Shown here: in pieces, positions 16,113 to 18,889 of the stretch
Position numbering within the stretch: position 1 is the stretch's first letter
Layout: every line of letters starts with the position of its first letter
Assembly (NCBI GenBank): GCA_045805065.1
Contig: JBJMMA010000163.1
Coordinates: forward strand, 1-18,889
Direction: 5' to 3'
From: Bdellovibrionia bacterium
GTDB taxonomy: Bacteria; Bdellovibrionota; UBA1018
DNA: 18,889 bases
Notes under the pieces: model-generated
Told to the model about the DNA's origin: nothing
The model's database searches: none
What the model saw: the letters and a program-made list of their open reading frames with translations, nothing else
Translations under genes and position numbers: made by a program

Positions 16113-16943
16113 ATGTCAAAGACCAGGTCGACTCTGACACAGCCAGAGACACTTTCGGCGCGCTTCAAGGCTTGGAGCACGCTTGGGCTCGTTTTGTTGT
16201 CGGGCTGCGGACAAATCAAAAACTCCTCCACTTCCACTCTGATGACCGATTGCGTTCTAAACACTGACCAAGCAGAAACCCTGACGGGACGCTGGGTACA
16301 ACCTGCCGTTCCCATCGCCTTTCATACGGGAGATTGGAATGCGAGCGAGATCTCGGCCATCATCGCCGCGGCTGATAAGTGGAATGCTTTTTTTGCAGCC
16401 AGCATGGGCTACGCCGCAATCGACTACGGAAGTGCCGCAAACCCAAGAACGTCATCGACTCCACTGCCCGTGGATGAACGCGACTTTTGCACCAGTAACA
16501 CCATCGTGAACTCAGATGGCTCATTTAGCGGCGTCGTTGTTTTCTACAAAAATGGTGCATGGAGAGACGATGCCAGTTTTATTGCTCTGACTCATGTTTG
16601 TAACGTCAGCATCAACAGCACAAAGAAACAGGTCCCAAGAAGTCAGAACGCCTATACGGAAATCAACTACTCCAACTTCTTTGTGAACGGCAACCGCGTC
16701 CCCGATCTTCAATCGATCGTTCTGCATGAGATGGGGCACCTCATGGGAATCAATCATTCGTGCATGATCGGTAACGGAACTTCAGGATTTCCAAGCTGCA
16801 GTTCAGGCAGCCTGAACGCAAGCTATCGTACGGCCTCTCTGTATCCCACTTTTACTTTTTCCTCGGGCGGCACGGGCGAGGTCCGACGATCTCTCAACAG
16901 CAATGACCAGGGCCGCATGAATTGCATTTATAAATACCTCTAA
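16113..16943 (+). CDS. Lipoprotein zinc metalloprotease, metzincin (M10/matrixin-like)
   Basis: Lipobox LLSGC; AADKWN; DLQSIVLHEMGHLMGINH (HExxHxxGxxH); C-terminal helix LNSNDQGRMNCIY. Confidence 0.87.
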   Translation: MSKTRSTLTQPETLSARFKAWSTLGLVLLSGCGQIKNSSTSTLMTDCVLNTDQAETLTGRWVQPAVPIAFHTGDWNASEISAIIAAADKWNAFFAASMGYAAIDYGSAANPRTSSTPLPVDERDFCTSNTIVNSDGSFSGVVVFYKNGAWRDDASFIALTHVCNVSINSTKKQVPRSQNAYTEINYSNFFVNGNRVPDLQSIVLHEMGHLMGINHSCMIGNGTSGFPSCSSGSLNASYRTASLYPTFTFSSGGTGEVRRSLNSNDQGRMNCIYKYL

Positions 16944-16964
16944 AGAAGCTATCTACTTCTCACC

Positions 16965-17657
16965 ATGAGTGACACTGCTCTCATTCCGAATATTTTATTT
17001 GAAGACACGCATCTCATCGTGCTCTCAAAGCCCGCTGGCCTTTTAAGCCAGGGCGAAATCCAAGGTGACCCAAATCTTGTGGATTGGGCGCGCGGCCATG
17101 TTGGCAGAAATTACGTGGGACTCGTTCATCGCCTGGATCGCAATACCTCAGGCGTGATGGTGCTTGCCAAGCGAACCAAATCCGCTCAGCGCCTCACCGA
17201 TGCTCTACAAAAGGGCACTCTGACTCGCGCCTATCAGGCGTGGCTCATTGGAAAAATGCCTGAGCTTGGAAAGGTTCTCCGCTGGAGTCACTCCCTTTTT
17301 AAAGACGAGAAAAAGAACGTCGTGCGGGTTGTCGCCTCAAATCATCCGGGCGCAAAATCAGCTGTCTTAAGCGTGACTCCGATTGCTTATGGAGTGTATG
17401 AAGGAAAAGAGCTCACTCTGGCTGAGTTTGTTCTTGAGACCGGACGCTCTCATCAGATCCGTGCGCAGGCCTCCGCTGAGGGCTTTCCGCTCTTAGGCGA
17501 TATCAAATACGGAGAGCGCGCCAATGCCGGACTTAGATTTCCGCGCCCGGCGCTTCATTCCATCCGAATCGCCTTTGATCACCCCATGTCTCAGGAGCGG
17601 CTGACGTTCGAGGACATGCTGCCTGAGGATATGCGAAGCATCAAGCCTTTGAGATAG
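16965..17657 (+). CDS. RluA-family pseudouridine synthase (no S4 domain)
   Basis: ILFEDTHLIVLSKPAG, VHRLDRNTSG (catalytic Asp), LETGRSHQIR, PLLGDIKYG, ALHS. Confidence 0.95.
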   Translation: MSDTALIPNILFEDTHLIVLSKPAGLLSQGEIQGDPNLVDWARGHVGRNYVGLVHRLDRNTSGVMVLAKRTKSAQRLTDALQKGTLTRAYQAWLIGKMPELGKVLRWSHSLFKDEKKNVVRVVASNHPGAKSAVLSVTPIAYGVYEGKELTLAEFVLETGRSHQIRAQASAEGFPLLGDIKYGERANAGLRFPRPALHSIRIAFDHPMSQERLTFEDMLPEDMRSIKPLR

Positions 17658-17668
17658 CGCTGCTCAGG
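17626..17668 (+). repeat. 43-bp direct repeat, copy 1 (contains the rluA 3' end)
   Basis: AGGATATGCGAAGCATCAAGCCTTTGAGATAGCGCTGCTCAGG; 41/43 identical to 18574-18616. Confidence 0.97.
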
Positions 17669-17676
17669 CAAGTGAT

Positions 17677-18504
17677 TCAATGAAGAATTTTCAAATCTGG
17701 ACGCTGAGCCTGGAGCTGATCGATTGCTGAGCGTGGTATGTTAATACATCCCACTAAATCGAGTCGCTCCAACTTTCTAAGCTTGGATAATAAAGATAAC
17801 GTCTCCCCTTTAATTTGAAGAGATCCTAAACCCAAGACACGAAGGGTCTGAACCCTTGCGAGACTGTGAATGCAATCATCAGTCAGTGAATTACACTCCA
17901 TCATCCGCACATCAATCAAACCTGGAATAGACTCCTCAAAGGGTTGCTCATTTAATTCAGCTTCAAAAATTCCTGGTTCCGCAATGAAACGATAAAGGAG
18001 ATTGCCTGGAATCTTCGACTTGAGAGGTGTCCGAGCCAGGATTTGCCACTGATGATCTTTTGTAAGCCAATCTAATTGCCCGCGAAACCGAATATCCAGA
18101 TCGATGAGTTCCGCCTTTTCATCGGGAAGAACTGTTTCATATTTTTTAATATCGGTATCAAGCCATGCATTTCGCTTAGCAAGCTGACCATCAAACTTTT
18201 CATTCACTAAGAGATACAGCCAGACATTGAGCCAATCGGCCGCATCACTTTCGGTTTTAAAAGGCAGATTGGTTATTTCTTCTAATCGCTCAAGGTTAAT
18301 GCCACTAAAACTTGCCCTTTGTAACTTACTCAATCCAGAGACAAGGAAATCGCAGCTTTTTGCTTCTGCCTTTGCTTTCCAAGATTGAACTCGAGCCTGA
18401 GTAATTTCATAGCGATCATCGATACAATTGCACCCAGCGCCACAATTGTTAGTCGATTGAAGCAGATCTTCGAAAGTGTCCCAAAAAGTGATTCCCTCTT
18501 CCAT
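17677..18504 (-). CDS. Hypothetical protein with C-terminal leucine-rich repeats
   Basis: LARVQTLRVLGLGSLQI, LSKLRKLERLDLVGCINI and cap AIDQLQAQRPDLKI; N-terminal CGAGCNC. ATG 18504 (GTG 18510 in the track). Confidence 0.75.
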   Translation of the reverse strand: MEEGITFWDTFEDLLQSTNNCGAGCNCIDDRYEITQARVQSWKAKAEAKSCDFLVSGLSKLQRASFSGINLERLEEITNLPFKTESDAADWLNVWLYLLVNEKFDGQLAKRNAWLDTDIKKYETVLPDEKAELIDLDIRFRGQLDWLTKDHQWQILARTPLKSKIPGNLLYRFIAEPGIFEAELNEQPFEESIPGLIDVRMMECNSLTDDCIHSLARVQTLRVLGLGSLQIKGETLSLLSKLRKLERLDLVGCINIPRSAIDQLQAQRPDLKILH

Positions 18505-18571
18505 AGTCACAAATCTACCACGGCTGATGACTCGGAAAACTAAAATGTGAGCTGAGCTTAATCGCCTTGTC

Positions 18572-18889
18572 TTAGGATATGCGAAGTATCAAGCCTTTGA
18601 GATAACGCTGCTCAGGATTTCCAAGTTTTGTTGGAAAGGTCTCGGGCAAATCAATTCGGTGCAGGACCTGGCACTCGATTTTGCTCTCACGTGCAGCTGC
18701 AAACACTTCCGCTTCAAACCTCTCTCGCGGAACGTTGGCTGAATTAATGGATGTAACAAGATATCCATTCGGCGACATCACATCAAAGGCCGCGGCATGA
18801 AGTCTTCTTAGATCCTTTGAAGTTGAAAACGTTCCCTTGTTACCGCGCGAAAAGGACGGCGGATCCAGGATCACGCAATCAAAACGATC
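18572..18889 (-). CDS. Class I SAM-dependent rRNA methyltransferase, RlmI/RlmK type (3' part; start beyond the right edge)
   Basis: Frame open from 18889: DRFDCVILDPPSFSR...GYLVTSINS...PETFP...QRYLKGL. Confidence 0.85.
   Translation of the reverse strand, partial: DRFDCVILDPPSFSRGNKGTFSTSKDLRRLHAAAFDVMSPNGYLVTSINSANVPRERFEAEVFAAARESKIECQVLHRIDLPETFPTKLGNPEQRYLKGLILRIS
18574..18616 (+). repeat. 43-bp direct repeat, copy 2 (contains the 3' end of the rlmI-like gene)
   Basis: AGGATATGCGAAGTATCAAGCCTTTGAGATAACGCTGCTCAGG. Confidence 0.97.

Larger units (their letters stand above)
17626..18616. mobile_element. Direct-repeat-bounded single-gene islet with no recombinase
   Basis: 948-bp repeat spacing. 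Hand counts on sampled 60-nt lines give about 37-48% GC inside versus about 53-62% in rluA. Confidence 0.65.

Noticed and set aside
17626..18616. Direct repeat as CRISPR, IS ends or integron attC
   Set aside because: Only two copies 948 bp apart, both coding-derived; no cas, transposase, terminal inverted repeats or attC-type palindrome.

Overview
This is a compact, gene-dense bacterial chromosome segment of about 50% GC. Bdellovibrionota/Oligoflexia origin is inferred from a lipoprotein S1 protease, a CHASE2 cyclase, a REC-PilZ regulator and sigma28-like promoters. It holds 19 CDS: a multi-PAS sensor (cut at the left edge), an S1 protease, an AlkP-superfamily enzyme, an MFS-TrmB-like-cyanophycinase operon, a stand-alone HisKA/DHp-like mini-protein, REC-PilZ, GNAT, an NmrA-like SDR, a CHASE2 adenylate cyclase, a GIY-YIG nuclease, a small membrane protein, a J-domain protein, ComEC/Rec2, a classical SDR, a metzincin lipoprotein, RluA, an LRR protein, and an RlmI/K-type methyltransferase (cut at the right edge). 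No rRNA, tRNA, CRISPR array, transposase or integrase was seen. The most notable signal is a ~0.95 kb AT-richer single-gene islet (LRR protein with its own promoter-like motif). It is bracketed by a 43-bp direct repeat that duplicates the 3' ends of the convergent rluA and rlmI-like genes. Also notable are the orphan DHp mini-protein next to REC-PilZ, three enzymes with substitutions at conserved active-site motif residues, and candidate sigma28, sigma54 and leaderless promoters.
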